A stretch of DNA of 64,000 nt from NCBI GenBank assembly GCA_965277285.1, contig OZ255721.1, forward strand, positions 2,240,001-2,304,000, in the 5' to 3' direction. Each line of letters begins with the position of its first letter. Position 1 is the first letter of the stretch. Position numbers and translations under genes: made by a program. This document shows positions 48,804-60,292 of the stretch, piece by piece. The DNA comes from Abditibacteriaceae bacterium. Its GTDB lineage: Bacteria > Armatimonadota > Abditibacteriia > Abditibacteriales > Abditibacteriaceae. The notes under the pieces were generated by a model. It did not search any database. It saw only the letters and a list, made by a program, of their open reading frames with translations, and was not told where the DNA came from.

Positions 48804-50477
48804 TCAAGTCGACTTGCTTTGGCGCTCTGAAAGAGTTTGCAAAGCGATGATGTCGCGCGCCATTTGCGTGCGGAATTCTCTGTATTCGGCGGACGCGATG
48901 TCGGCGTAAGGTTCGACTGCGACCGATGAGCGGATTTCGATGCTGTTCAAACGAATTCGTTCCAAAAAAATATCCACGCGCTGCCGGATTTTACGCGTCA
49001 TTTCTTGCGTGCAAGGCGATGCAAAGGTTGCGGCTTTTTGCAGGGCGTCTTCCAATGTTGTCAGATATTTCAAGTCGCCAATGCCTTCAGCGATGCCTTT
49101 CCATTGCACGGTCGGAATGCTGCCCGCGCTGGCCGGATACGTCGTCATAATGTCTTTGGTCGGGCGATTGAGATTGGCGGCATCGAGTTCGGGTGCATCG
49201 TTTTTCGCGCCGTCAAAGTCATCGAAAGGAGAAAACGGCGCGCCCGGGCCGTGTTGATAACAATAAGGCGCGATGCCTTCAGCGCGACTTTTCCACAGCC
49301 ACAGGCCAGCCAGCACGCGATGCAAATCCGGCTTTTCCATCGAACTGAACCAATAATAATAAGCGGTTTGCTGTTGCACTGCGGCGAACTCCGAACGAAA
49401 GACGAAGTAATGCAAATTGTCGGGCAGGTAATAACTGAAAATATCGGGCGCGTCGGCTGTTTCTTCTTCGTTGAGAAGGCGCTGCGACGACGCCTGATGA
49501 GTACTCGAAGCCATTGTCTTGAAACCGAGCGCGCGGGCTTTTTGCAAGTTGGCGCGATGACTTTCCCGAAAAGTGTCGCCGCGCACTTCGACTTCATCGC
49601 TGATGTAAAGAATCGGCGTCAAACCTTTGAAGTCAATGGTATCGAAGTTCTTTGGCCACGGTTGCAGCAAAACGATGTTGCGGCGAAAACCCGTTTCGTG
49701 CGCGATGTCGAGCGCCTTTTGCAGCAGATGCGGCTGGCTTTCGCCCAGCGAAATGCTGGTGAAACCATGTTCGTAAATATCGCGCAGATGCGCTCGAAAT
49801 TGCCTTTCTGAAACGTGGTGGCGCGGCAAAAGACAATCGAGCGTGCCTTTGTACCACAGGAAAAAATCCTGCGCTGGCTGCAAAAGCTGAAGCGGCCACA
49901 CTTCGATGGCGATTTCCAATGGCGCGCTTTGTCCCGCGAACTCGCACAGAATGTGACCTTTGTAACATCCGGCGCGCGCACCAGGCGGAATTTTAACGAC
50001 GATCCAGATTTGTTTTTGCTGACCGGCGCGCAGCGAAGTTCGGGCGTTGCCTTTTAAGCGCACAACAGGCGCTTGATAAAACTTCGGCGCGCGCAAAAAA
50101 TGGCGCCAGTGACGCGGCTTTTTCCAGTGCGCGCAGCACCGCGAATAGCCATCGTGCAAGGCTTCGCGGTCGTCCTTCATCAACAGTTCGGCGACTTCAA
50201 CCGGCGCGCCCTGATAAAAACCAACGCCCGCCTGCTGCCACACTTTCACGACGTAAGTTTCAATCGCACTGCGAGGAATGGTCGCAGTTTCATTCTTCAA
50301 GTCGCATGCGCTGACTTCGACGTTTTGGATGTCCTGGTCACAGGATAAGCAGAACGAAAGCGAAACCATTTCGCCTGGCGCGCCGCTGCTTTCAATCTTC
50401 GAGAGAACCGTTGCTTCAAACGTTGTGTGGGGCGCCATCGAGTACTCGATTGTCGAGGAAAAAGAAAGTTGCGCCAT
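48804..50477 (-). CDS. Hypothetical protein, GH123/DUF4091-like glycoside hydrolase fold
   Basis: N-terminal PGEMVSLSF...VSACDLK...QIWIVVKIPPGARAGCYKG, YISDE, and C-terminal PTVQWKGIAEGIGDLKYL. Start uncertain (50477 or 50438). Confidence 0.6.
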   Translation of the reverse strand: MAQLSFSSTIEYSMAPHTTFEATVLSKIESSGAPGEMVSLSFCLSCDQDIQNVEVSACDLKNETATIPRSAIETYVVKVWQQAGVGFYQGAPVEVAELLMKDDREALHDGYSRCCAHWKKPRHWRHFLRAPKFYQAPVVRLKGNARTSLRAGQQKQIWIVVKIPPGARAGCYKGHILCEFAGQSAPLEIAIEVWPLQLLQPAQDFFLWYKGTLDCLLPRHHVSERQFRAHLRDIYEHGFTSISLGESQPHLLQKALDIAHETGFRRNIVLLQPWPKNFDTIDFKGLTPILYISDEVEVRGDTFRESHRANLQKARALGFKTMASSTHQASSQRLLNEEETADAPDIFSYYLPDNLHYFVFRSEFAAVQQQTAYYYWFSSMEKPDLHRVLAGLWLWKSRAEGIAPYCYQHGPGAPFSPFDDFDGAKNDAPELDAANLNRPTKDIMTTYPASAGSIPTVQWKGIAEGIGDLKYLTTLEDALQKAATFASPCTQEMTRKIRQRVDIFLERIRLNSIEIRSSVAVEPYADIASAEYREFRTQMARDIIALQTLSERQSKST

Positions 50478-50507
50478 AAATAACAAACCTGGAAGATGTC
50501 GAAAAGG

Positions 50508-51587
50508 TTAAAGAAAGCGTGCCAGACGTTTGATCAGAAAATCGGTGTAGCGTCGTCGCGGATGGTTTTGTGTGTTGCGCAGCGTGTCGCGCACCCAGCG
50601 ATCGCGGCGCTTTTGTGGAACAAGAATCGGCTCGTCTGGCAAGCCTGATACGCCGTCACTCAGACCTTTTTTTCGCAAAGCTTCCCAATCGAAGTCCCAA
50701 ATATCCAAATGGCGAAACGGCGCTGTGCCGTGTTTTTTGAACAAGCGCAAGATGTCCCAATCCCACCAGAAAACTGCGTCCACGAAAACGCTGCTCATGT
50801 CGATGTTTCGGTGGCGAAAAGCGGCCAGCCATTCTTGCGGCACCGGACGAATCTTCCACGTCGTTTTCAAGCGTTCGTGCCAATCGTACAAACGTGTGAT
50901 TTCGGTCGCGCTTTTATGGGGAAAGTTCAGCGTTTCAAAGCAGCGATACCAGCGATCTTTGCTTTCCAGGCGCGGCATGTTGCAACGATTGAAGTGCATC
51001 AACACGATTTCGTTCAAGCGCAGGCGCGGCGCGTGTGGCACATCGGGTAAGCGGTTGCTGTGAAGCCGTGTTCCTTCGTGCGCCACGCCGTCATCCATGT
51101 AGCCAAACGGAATCCAATGTTCCTTGTCATGAGTTGAATGAAGGAAATAAAAGTCGGGCGAAGAAGTCAGTTCAACTTTCGCCATCTGGATTTGTGTGCC
51201 CGGCGGCGCTTCGAGTACTGCTTTCCATTCGGCGCTGTCAAGAATGTTGGCGGAAATGATTTCATCGGCGTCCAGCGCCATCAATAAACGAGGTGCGGGA
51301 AACTGGCGTGCCGCTGCGATGAGCAGTTTTTGGCGCTCTTCTTCGCTGTATGCGCTCGAAGCGTTTTCAATCACTGTGACGCGTTCGTAGCGCCGCGCGA
51401 TCTGGGCCGAATCGTCTTCGGAATTTTGATCGGCCACAATGATGTGATCGGCCCACAACAGCGTGCATTCCAGAAAACGCGGCAAAATCCAGGCTTCGTT
51501 TTTAACCGGCACCAGAACCAGCACGCGAGGTGCGCTCGCTGCATCGGCATGGATCGAAGAACCGAAATCAAACGGAATGTTTGTCAT
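50508..51587 (-). CDS. Glycosyltransferase family 2
   Basis: VPVKNEAWILPRFL...ADHIIVADQNSED...ALDADE. Confidence 0.88.
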   Translation of the reverse strand: MTNIPFDFGSSIHADAASAPRVLVLVPVKNEAWILPRFLECTLLWADHIIVADQNSEDDSAQIARRYERVTVIENASSAYSEEERQKLLIAAARQFPAPRLLMALDADEIISANILDSAEWKAVLEAPPGTQIQMAKVELTSSPDFYFLHSTHDKEHWIPFGYMDDGVAHEGTRLHSNRLPDVPHAPRLRLNEIVLMHFNRCNMPRLESKDRWYRCFETLNFPHKSATEITRLYDWHERLKTTWKIRPVPQEWLAAFRHRNIDMSSVFVDAVFWWDWDILRLFKKHGTAPFRHLDIWDFDWEALRKKGLSDGVSGLPDEPILVPQKRRDRWVRDTLRNTQNHPRRRYTDFLIKRLARFL

Positions 51588-51840
51588 GTAAAGAAGAAAT
51601 ACGGCTTGCATTTTACCTGTTGCAGCCTCATGCAAAGGTTTTCTGATGTCAAAAATCGAGATTTTCAACCTGCATCGCCTTTGAGGTCGAAATATATATT
51701 GTCTTTTGATCTTTATGAGGAAGAATACCACGGATGCCGTAAAAGGTGACTTTGTTGCAATAATGTTTAGATATTGTTTACGCATTGGTTGAGGCGGTGT
51801 CTCATAGCATGGAGTGCACAGTTGCCAGGAGGCTCCGCAG

Positions 51841-54800
51841 ATGTTGGAAAGTAGGAATCAGCATCAAAAGTCTGAAGAGTGTTGGGATGTGCAAAGCGAG
51901 ATGCGAATTTCCGAGATTCGCCATCGTCGCCTTTTCGAGGCGGCGCGCGACGGCATTTTGATTCTCGATGCGATGACGCGCAAAATCACCGATGCCAATC
52001 ATTTTATCGTTGAGTTGCTGGACTACTCGCGCGAGGAGTTTCTGGGTAAGGAGTTGTGGGAAATCGGTTTGCTGAAAGATGCCGCCGCCAGTGAAAACGC
52101 TTATCGTGAATTGGAGACGAACGGCTACATTCGCTACGAAAATTTGCCTTTGCAAACCAAGTCGGGACAGCGCCGCGAAGTGGAGTTCATCAGCAACCTT
52201 TATACGGAAAACGGCCACCAGGTCATTCAATGCGATATCCGCGATATTTCAGAGCGTAAGCGTGCCTCCGACATCGAGCGTGAATCTCACCATCTCTTGC
52301 AAGGAACGCTGGATGCGCTGTCATCGCACATTGCAGTACTCGATAAGACGGGAAAGATCATTGCCGTCAACCAGGCATGGCGTCAATTTTCTGAAGTCAA
52401 CCACGGCACGGCTGTTTCATGCGGAGTCGGGGTCAATTACATCGAAGTGTGCAACAATGTGCGCGATTTCTGGAGCAAGGAAGCGCGCGCAGTTGCTCTG
52501 GGTATTGAAGAAGTTAGAGCGGGTCGGCAACACATGTTCTGCCTGGAATATCCGTGTCACAGTCCCGCTGAAGAGCGCTGGTTCAATGTTTGTATAACGC
52601 GCTTTTCAAGTTATGAGCCCGGGTATGTTGTTGTCGCTCACGAGAACATCACGGAGCGCAAGACAGTTCAGGCCACGCTGCTACAAAGCGAGGCACGATT
52701 CCGCACGGCAATTGAGGAAGCGCCTCTGCCCATTATGATCCACCGCGAGGACGGCAAAGTCCTACAACTCAGCGAGGGTTGGACGCAGTATTCCGGCTAC
52801 GAGATCGAGGACATCCCAACGATCCACGACTGGGCCAGGCGCGCCTACGGTAAAAGCAGTGACGAGGCGCAAGAATACATCAACGAGTTGTATCAACTGC
52901 AGGAAACCCGCATTGAAGGCGAGTGGACGATTTGTGCCAAAAGCGGCGAAGAGCGAATTTGGGATTTTCGTTCGACGCCTCTGGGAACTTTCGGCGACAA
53001 CAAGCGCATCGTCATCAGCGCGGCGCTGGACACAACAGAGCGGAAGCAAGCAGAAGACGCCATGCGCTGGAGCGAGCTTCGCTATCGCTCTCTTCTGAAA
53101 GCCACCTCCGCCATTGTGTGGGCTACCGCGGCATCAGGCGAATTTGAAACGGAGCAGCCAGGATGGAGCGCCTTCACGGGTCAAACATATGGACATCACT
53201 GAACGCAAAGAAGCTTCCGAAGCGGTAGCACGATTGGCATCCATCGTGGAATCGTCCAGTGACGCCATCTTCAGCAAAACAATGGATGGCATTATCACCA
53301 GTTGGAACGCTGGGGCGGAGGCCCTTTACGGCTACTCGTCCACGGAAGCGATTGGCAGCTCCGTCTTGATGTTGCTGCCACCGCATCATCTTAACGAAGA
53401 ATCGCAGCTTATCGCCAAAATTGTACGGGGCGAGCGCGTGACGAACTACGAAACGGTGAGGGTTTGCAAAGATGGCCGCCACTTGGATGTTTCGCTGACC
53501 CTTTCACTCATCAAAGACGAGAAAGGCAAAATTGTTGGCGCCGCAGCTATTGCGCATGATATCACCAACCGTAAACAAGCTGAGGAGGCGTTGCGCCTCA
53601 GCGAAGAAAGGTATCGTTCACTTGCCTTGGCGACGAGCCAAATTGTGTGGTCGACGCCCGCTAACGGCATGGTGGAAGATATGCCGGCCTGGCGCGCTTA
53701 TACCGGCCAGAAAATCGAAGAAATGCAAGGTTGGGGCTGGGCGGATGCGCTGTATCCCGATGACCTGGAAGCCACGCGCACCATCTGGTTGCACTGCGTA
53801 GAAACCAAGAGCCACTACGAAACTGAGTACCGCATTCGAGGTGCCGACGGCAACTACCGTCTTTTTGCAGTGCGCGGAGTGCCGGTATTAAGAAGCGACG
53901 GCAGCATTCGGGAATGGGTTGGCACTTGTGCCGACATTCAGGATCGCCGAGTGGCCGAAGAAGAACGCGACCGCTTCTTCACGCTTTCTCTCGATATGCT
54001 GGCCATTATCAGCAGCGACGGCTACATCAAGCGGCTCAATCCGGCTTTCGGAGCAACGCTTGGCTTTTCAGATGAGGAAATGATGGCCGTGCCGTTCCTG
54101 GAGTTCGTGCATCCTGATGACCATGCGGCGACCCTGGCGGAACAAAAGAGGTTGGAAGCTGGCGCAAAGGTCATGTTGTTCGAGAACCGCTATCGTTGCC
54201 GCGATGGTTCTTATAAGTGGCTGCGCTGGATGTGCGCGCCGTTTGAAGACTTGTGGTATTGCGTGGCTCACGACGTGACAAGTATCAAGAAGTCTGCAAT
54301 GGCTTTGCACCGCGCTAATGACGAGTTGGAAATGCGTGTCATGGAACGCACAGCCGAACTGGAGATGGCCAACGACCAATTGCATGAAGAGTTAAAGGAA
54401 CGCAAGTCTGCGGAAGCAGCTTTGCGCGAAGCTCAGCAAATGTTGCAACTGGTGATGAACCAGATTCCCCAAGCCATCTTCTGGAAAGATCTCGATTGCT
54501 TATACCTGGGCTGCAATTATCGCCTGGCTGCGGATGCGGGCCTGAACTCGCCGGAAGGTATTAAGGGCAGAAGCGACAGGGATATGCCGTGGGCCGAGTA
54601 TGCGGAAGAATACCGTGCCAACGACAGACAAGTTATGGAGACTGACACCCAAAGCTCAATATCGAGGAGCAGTCGCTTCTCGCCAATGGTGATACAGTGT
54701 GGTTACGCACCAGCAAGATTCCGTTACATGACAGCGAAAACCAAGTGGTCGGAGTTCTGAGCAGTTACGAAGACATCACCGAGCAAAAACGCGCTGTCGC

Positions 54801-55977
54801 CGAAATCCATGAAGCGAGACGCGAAGCCGATGCCGCCAACCTCGCCAAAAGCGAGTTTCTTTCGCGCATGAGCCATGAGCTGCGCACGCCACTCAATGCC
54901 ATTCTGGGCTTTGGTCAAATTCTCGATAAGCAAGATTTGATGCCTTTGGCTAAAGAAAGCGTTGATTACATAATCCGCGGTGGGCGGCACTTGCTTGGCC
55001 TGGTCAACGAGATTTTGGACATCGCCAGCGTTGAAGCTGGACGCCTTGAGCTTTCTCTGGAACCGATTGCGCTGGATGACATCGTGCCCGAAGCCTGCTC
55101 TTTGATGCGGCCTCTCGCTATGGAACGCAATATTCATCTTTGCGAAGATACTTCGGAAGTCATCGGCAATTACATTCTGGCCGATCATCAGCGACTCAAG
55201 CAAGTACTTATCAACCTGATCTCCAACGCCATCAAGTACAACCGCGAGAGTGGCCAGGTCGAAGTTCTTTGCGAACCAAAATCGGACGAGTGGATGACTA
55301 TCTCTGTTCGTGACACGGGTTTTGGCATCGCGCCCGAAGACTTGTCGAAGCTTTTTGCGCCGTTCGAGCGATTGAATGCTTCGACTTCTGGGATTGAAGG
55401 TACCGGCTTGGGCCTGGTTTTGTCGCAACGGCTGGTCACGGCTATGGGTGGAACATTGGAAGTAGAAAGCATTTTGGGCCAGGGCACAACATTCATCATT
55501 GCACTGCCGCGGACAACCTCGCCCAAAGAGCAGCTATCGAATCTGCCTGAAGCTGCGCTTGCCCTAAATGCCAGCAAGGAATCGGAACGCACGTACTCAG
55601 TGCTTTGCATTGAGGACAACCCTTCCAACCTGCGACTCATCGAAATCATTTTGAAAAGCCGTTCGGATATTACCTTACTGACTGCCATACAAGGCAGCGT
55701 GGGTTTGGATTTGGCGCGCCAGCATGAACCCGACATTATTCTTCTCGATTTGAACTTGCCCGACATTCATGGCAAAGACGTTTTGGCGCGCTTGCAACAG
55801 TCGGCGATCACCAGAGATATTCCGGTCATTATCATTAGTGCCGATGCCACGTCAAATCAAGTGGAGCGACTGCTGAAAGATGGCGCCAAAGCTTATCTGA
55901 CCAAGCCCCTTGATGTCGTCCTGTTCCTCGATACTTTGGAGGAATTTCTTCTCCCGAGGTTGGAAATCGCCGTATAA
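51841..55977 (+). pseudogene. Multi-PAS hybrid histidine kinase split into three frames
   Basis: ORFs 51814-53202, 53114-54760 and 54697-55977 are consecutive PAS/PAC segments ending in SHELRTPLN kinase plus REC. Breaks lie near 53190 and 54650. Confidence 0.85.
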
Positions 55978-55988
55978 CCAAGTCATTA

Positions 55989-57023
55989 ATGCGGGAAAGG
56001 AAGCTGATGATATTAGAAAGTTCTCTTAAGCGAGGAAAAATTCTCATTGTCGATGATGAGAAGGTGAACATTCGATTTTTGGAAATCATTCTTCAACAAA
56101 ATGGTTACTCCAATGTTTATAGCACCAATGACTCTCGCCAGTCGCTTACCTGTTTTTGTAATATGCAGCCCGATATTGTGCTGTTGGATCTTGCCATGCC
56201 GCACCTGGATGGCTTCGCTGTAATGCAGCAACTGCATCGAAAGATGGTTGACAACCCAGTTCCTATCCTGGTTCTTACTGCCGATGTCGCTTCGGCTGCC
56301 AAGCACAGGGCGTTGAAAGAAGGCGCCAGCGACTTCCTCACCAAGCCTCTCGATGAAACTGAAGTATTGTTGCGTATCAGCAATTTGCTACAGGCTCGCT
56401 TTTACAACACCTTGCTGGAAGACAAAGTCCGCGAGCGTACGCAGGCTTTGGAAAACGCCCAACTGGAAACCTTGCAAAGGCTGGCACTGGCCGCCGAATA
56501 CCGCGATGATGACACAGGACTTCACACCAAGCGCGTGGGCATCATCGCGCGCTATATCGCCCATGCGATGGGCTTGCCTGAGGCTCAGGTGGAGTTGATT
56601 TTTCGCGCCGCGCCGCTCCACGATGTCGGGAAAATTGGCATCACCGATGCCATCTTGCTCAATCCTGGCAAGTTGACCGAAGAAAAGTTTGCTATTATGA
56701 AGCAACACACCGTCATCGGAGCGGAAATGCTTTCCGGCAGCACTTCGCCCTGGCTCCAACTGGCGGAAGAAATTGCTCTCAGCCACCACGAACGATGGGA
56801 CGGCCAAGGTTATCCACACCAGTTATCAGGCGAAGATATTCCTTTAGTGGGGCGCATCGTCGCCGTGGCGGATGTCTTCGACGCTCTCACCCACGCGCGT
56901 CCTTATAAAAAGGCGTGGTCAGTCGCCAGCGCTGCCGCTGAAATCGCGGCGCAAAGTGGCAAGCAGTTCGACGAACGCGTGGTGCAGGCCTTTATGACGC
57001 TCTCGCTCGAAACTCTCATTTGA
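55989..57023 (+). CDS. REC + HD-GYP response regulator (RpfG-like phosphodiesterase)
   Basis: [25 protein letters not shown]. Confidence 0.93.
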   Translation: MRERKLMILESSLKRGKILIVDDEKVNIRFLEIILQQNGYSNVYSTNDSRQSLTCFCNMQPDIVLLDLAMPHLDGFAVMQQLHRKMVDNPVPILVLTADVASAAKHRALKEGASDFLTKPLDETEVLLRISNLLQARFYNTLLEDKVRERTQALENAQLETLQRLALAAEYRDDDTGLHTKRVGIIARYIAHAMGLPEAQVELIFRAAPLHDVGKIGITDAILLNPGKLTEEKFAIMKQHTVIGAEMLSGSTSPWLQLAEEIALSHHERWDGQGYPHQLSGEDIPLVGRIVAVADVFDALTHARPYKKAWSVASAAAEIAAQSGKQFDERVVQAFMTLSLETLI

Positions 57024-57431
57024 AGACAATACGTCTGAAGACAATGCATCGCCGACTTTCTCACTCCATTCCTCCACTCCTAAAAAACCTCTGTAGAACC
57101 ATTTGAAGAATAAAATCAGCTTCTTTTGAGGAATAAGAAAATACTGCGGCCTTACTGAATGAAGCGCCTTCGCTTCTCATGATGCAGTATCTGGATCAGG
57201 GCACAGCGAAATGAGTAGCGCTTTTCGTTGTGCTACAGTTTTTGGTAATCAAATGGTGAGTTCTCTGGCTGTTAACGAACCACTACCCAGTTTTCTGCGC
57301 TGTTATTGCGTAGTCTGTATAACCAAAACGCGACAAGGCTGACGTTCCTTTTGGCTTTGAAAGGCGGCTTTTGGCTGCCGAGGAACTTGCTTTTTGGAAA
57401 TTTTGTTTGCGCGAAAAACAAGGATCAATAG

Positions 57432-59228
57432 ATGGCGACAAAATGCTCAATAAGCCGTGACCAGGCGCCAAATGGCAGATTTCTCATCCCACTTTTTTGC
57501 CTGCTCGTCATATTGAGTGCCACGTTTGGTTCTTTGCTCGTGTGCTCTAAACCTGCAAGAACCAATGATCAAAGATCCGCCGCTTCCATTCGTCGGCAGC
57601 TTCCTCATTCTCGCACGCTGATCTCCAAAATAAAGGTTCTCAACGCTCAGGCGACCACATCGAGTACTCGAAATGCGCTTTCGGTCACCCTTGGCAAAGG
57701 CGTTTTGTGGTTGCGGCACCGCTTGGGATGGGCGCTTTTCTCTGGCAGCACGATTGTGTTGGCGTTGTTGGCGGGAAGAGCGATGCGGATGCGCCGTCTG
57801 CGCTCGACGGTTCCTGAAAACGTTCCGCTGCCCGACACAGACGAGGAAAACGCGCGCCTGCGCTTTCTTCTGGAAGGTGAGCGAAAGCGTGAAAAACAGC
57901 GCGAAGATTTGTATTGGAAAATGGCGATGAACGCGACGGACGTGTTGTATATCATGTATCCAGGCGAAGGCACGATCGAGTGGTATGGACAAATCGACAA
58001 GATGTTGGGCTATACGCAGAACTCGTTTCCTCGCACTGTCGAGGCTTGGGCCGACAGCATTCATCCCGAGGAAAGCGAACGCATTATTACGATGTACAAG
58101 GATTCTTGTCGCACTGGCCAGGAATTCAAAGTCGAGTATCGAATGCGCCACCGCAACGGCAGCTACCGCGACTGGTCGCATCGAGGTCGCCCCATTTTTG
58201 GCGAACAACAAGACTTGCTTTCCTTTATTGGTGCCTGCGCGGATGTCACCGAGCGCAACAGCGCCCAAAGAAAAATTCGTGACAGCGAAGACCGTTTGGC
58301 GCGCATTCTCGAAATCAATGCCGACGCCATTCTCTTGTGCGATCGCGCCGGATGCATTACCTTCGCCAACCGCGCGGCGGAGCTTTTGTTTGGCACGGGA
58401 CGCAACAACATCGTCGGTCAGCCTTATGATGGCGGTTCTTGGACGATAACGAACAATAACGGAGAAGCTCTGCCGCAAAGCGAACAGCCGCTGGCTCGAG
58501 TACTCGATGCGCAAGACGACATGGTTCAGGTCGAGCATTGCATCGAGCAGAGCAACGGAAAAATCACCGTCGTTTTGGTGAATGGCGCGCTCCTTTGCGA
58601 CGAAAAAAGCGAAGTCAGCGGCACCGTGTTGTCGATTACCGATATTACAGGGCGAAAAGCCGCCGAAGACCGCCTCGCCTGGCAAGCTTTTCACGATCCT
58701 TTAACGGGTTTGCCGAACCGAGCATTATTCATGGATCGCTTGACTCACGCGTTGACTCGTGCTGCACGCTCGGGCGCGCGTATCGCCGTGTTTTTCCTTG
58801 ACCTGGATAACTTCAAAAAAACCAACGATTCACTGGGGCACGATGCAGGCGATGAACTTTTGCGAACTACAGCGCAGCGCCTGCAACAAGCGTTGCGCGC
58901 GTCCGATACAGCGGCTCGTTTAGGCGGCGACGAATTTGTCTTGCTGCTGGAAAACATTGCGATGCCATCCAATGTACAGATCGTCGCCGATCGAGTACTC
59001 GATGCTTTGCTGCAACCCGTGATGCTCAAAAACGCGAGCGTTGTGGCACCGCCCAGCATCGGCATCGCACTGAGTACACCCAATTGCACGCCCGTCGAAT
59101 TGCTCGGTTGGGCCGATGCCGCGATGTATGTTGCAAAAACCAATGGCAAAGGACGCTACGAGTTTCACGACGAATGTTGTGCACCGGAGCACCCAATAAC
59201 CGCAACTGAAACTTCACTCACCGCGTGA
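57432..59228 (+). CDS. Membrane PAS-PAS-GGDEF diguanylate cyclase
   Basis: Two TM segments, two PAS domains, HDPLTGLPNR, RASD (RxxD I-site), RLGGDEF. Confidence 0.92.
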   Translation: MATKCSISRDQAPNGRFLIPLFCLLVILSATFGSLLVCSKPARTNDQRSAASIRRQLPHSRTLISKIKVLNAQATTSSTRNALSVTLGKGVLWLRHRLGWALFSGSTIVLALLAGRAMRMRRLRSTVPENVPLPDTDEENARLRFLLEGERKREKQREDLYWKMAMNATDVLYIMYPGEGTIEWYGQIDKMLGYTQNSFPRTVEAWADSIHPEESERIITMYKDSCRTGQEFKVEYRMRHRNGSYRDWSHRGRPIFGEQQDLLSFIGACADVTERNSAQRKIRDSEDRLARILEINADAILLCDRAGCITFANRAAELLFGTGRNNIVGQPYDGGSWTITNNNGEALPQSEQPLARVLDAQDDMVQVEHCIEQSNGKITVVLVNGALLCDEKSEVSGTVLSITDITGRKAAEDRLAWQAFHDPLTGLPNRALFMDRLTHALTRAARSGARIAVFFLDLDNFKKTNDSLGHDAGDELLRTTAQRLQQALRASDTAARLGGDEFVLLLENIAMPSNVQIVADRVLDALLQPVMLKNASVVAPPSIGIALSTPNCTPVELLGWADAAMYVAKTNGKGRYEFHDECCAPEHPITATETSLTA

Positions 59229-59463
59229 CGCTGGCAAAAGACAAGGGCAGAAATGATGCAAGATTACACAAGGAGAACATTTCCGATGCGAGTTTTAGCC
59301 GACGTCTGGTGCGTCGCGGCGTAGATTGTAGCGCTTTTTGGGACAACTTCTTGGAATAATCCTCTTGAGGCAGTACGCGTTGGAACAGCCCGTGCAGGCG
59401 GACTTGGCGCCGTTTGAAGCCGCGACTTCAGTCGCTGGGCGAAGGTGGCAACTTGGGTTATTT

Positions 59464-60072
59464 ATGGTTACAACTTTGACTTTCTCATCCACGGAAAAAA
59501 TGGCTGCTGTTATCGAATCGTTTTTGCGCGTGATAGAGACCAAAGACTGGAAACTGCGTCGTCACTGCGAACGCGTGGCAGTTCTGGCGGGTCTTGTGAC
59601 ATCGCATTTGCCGTTGACTGAAGCGGAGCGACAACTGCTGCGCCACGGCGCTCTGCTGCACGACATCGGTAACATCGGTATTCCCGACACGATTTTGCTG
59701 AAGCCCGGCGGCCTGACCGAAGTGGAATTGGATGAAGTGAAGTTGCATCCGATTATCGGCGAGTATATGGTTTCGCCGCTGGAAAGCTGCGATGCGATAC
59801 GTCCCTTCATTCGCTCGCATCACGAGAAACTGGATGGCAGCGGTTATCCCGATGGACTTATTGGCGACGAGATTCCCAGGCTGGTACATATTCTTTCGGT
59901 CATTGATGTTTACGATTCACTGCGCTCGGAGCGCGCTTATCGCCATGCGTTTACGCACGAAGAAGCTTTGAGGATTTTGCGCAAAGAAGTCATTGTTGGT
60001 TGGTGGAATGCCGATATTGTTGATTTGCTGGCACAAAGAAAAGTCGCCGAGAGCGCACTCGGATCGCTTTAG
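59464..60072 (+). CDS. Stand-alone HD-GYP domain protein
   Basis: LLHDIGNIG, HHEKLDGSGYP, RAYR. The upstream in-frame extension is REP sequence. Confidence 0.88.
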   Translation: MVTTLTFSSTEKMAAVIESFLRVIETKDWKLRRHCERVAVLAGLVTSHLPLTEAERQLLRHGALLHDIGNIGIPDTILLKPGGLTEVELDEVKLHPIIGEYMVSPLESCDAIRPFIRSHHEKLDGSGYPDGLIGDEIPRLVHILSVIDVYDSLRSERAYRHAFTHEEALRILRKEVIVGWWNADIVDLLAQRKVAESALGSL

Positions 60073-60292
60073 TTTTGAATAAAAGTGCATTCACTGAACT
60101 GTTTCGAGGTATCTGTCGGTTAGGTTTGTTGGCTGTGTTTGCGGTTTAAGAAAGAAACTGGCGACCACGATGTCAAATAAATCGCTTTATAATACAATGC
60201 TTTGATGAATCGTTTTGGGCAAGGTTCACGACAAAGCATTTTGATAGTTTTGGCAAGCGCTGTTCGGCGACACGAGTGATGAGGGAAATTTT

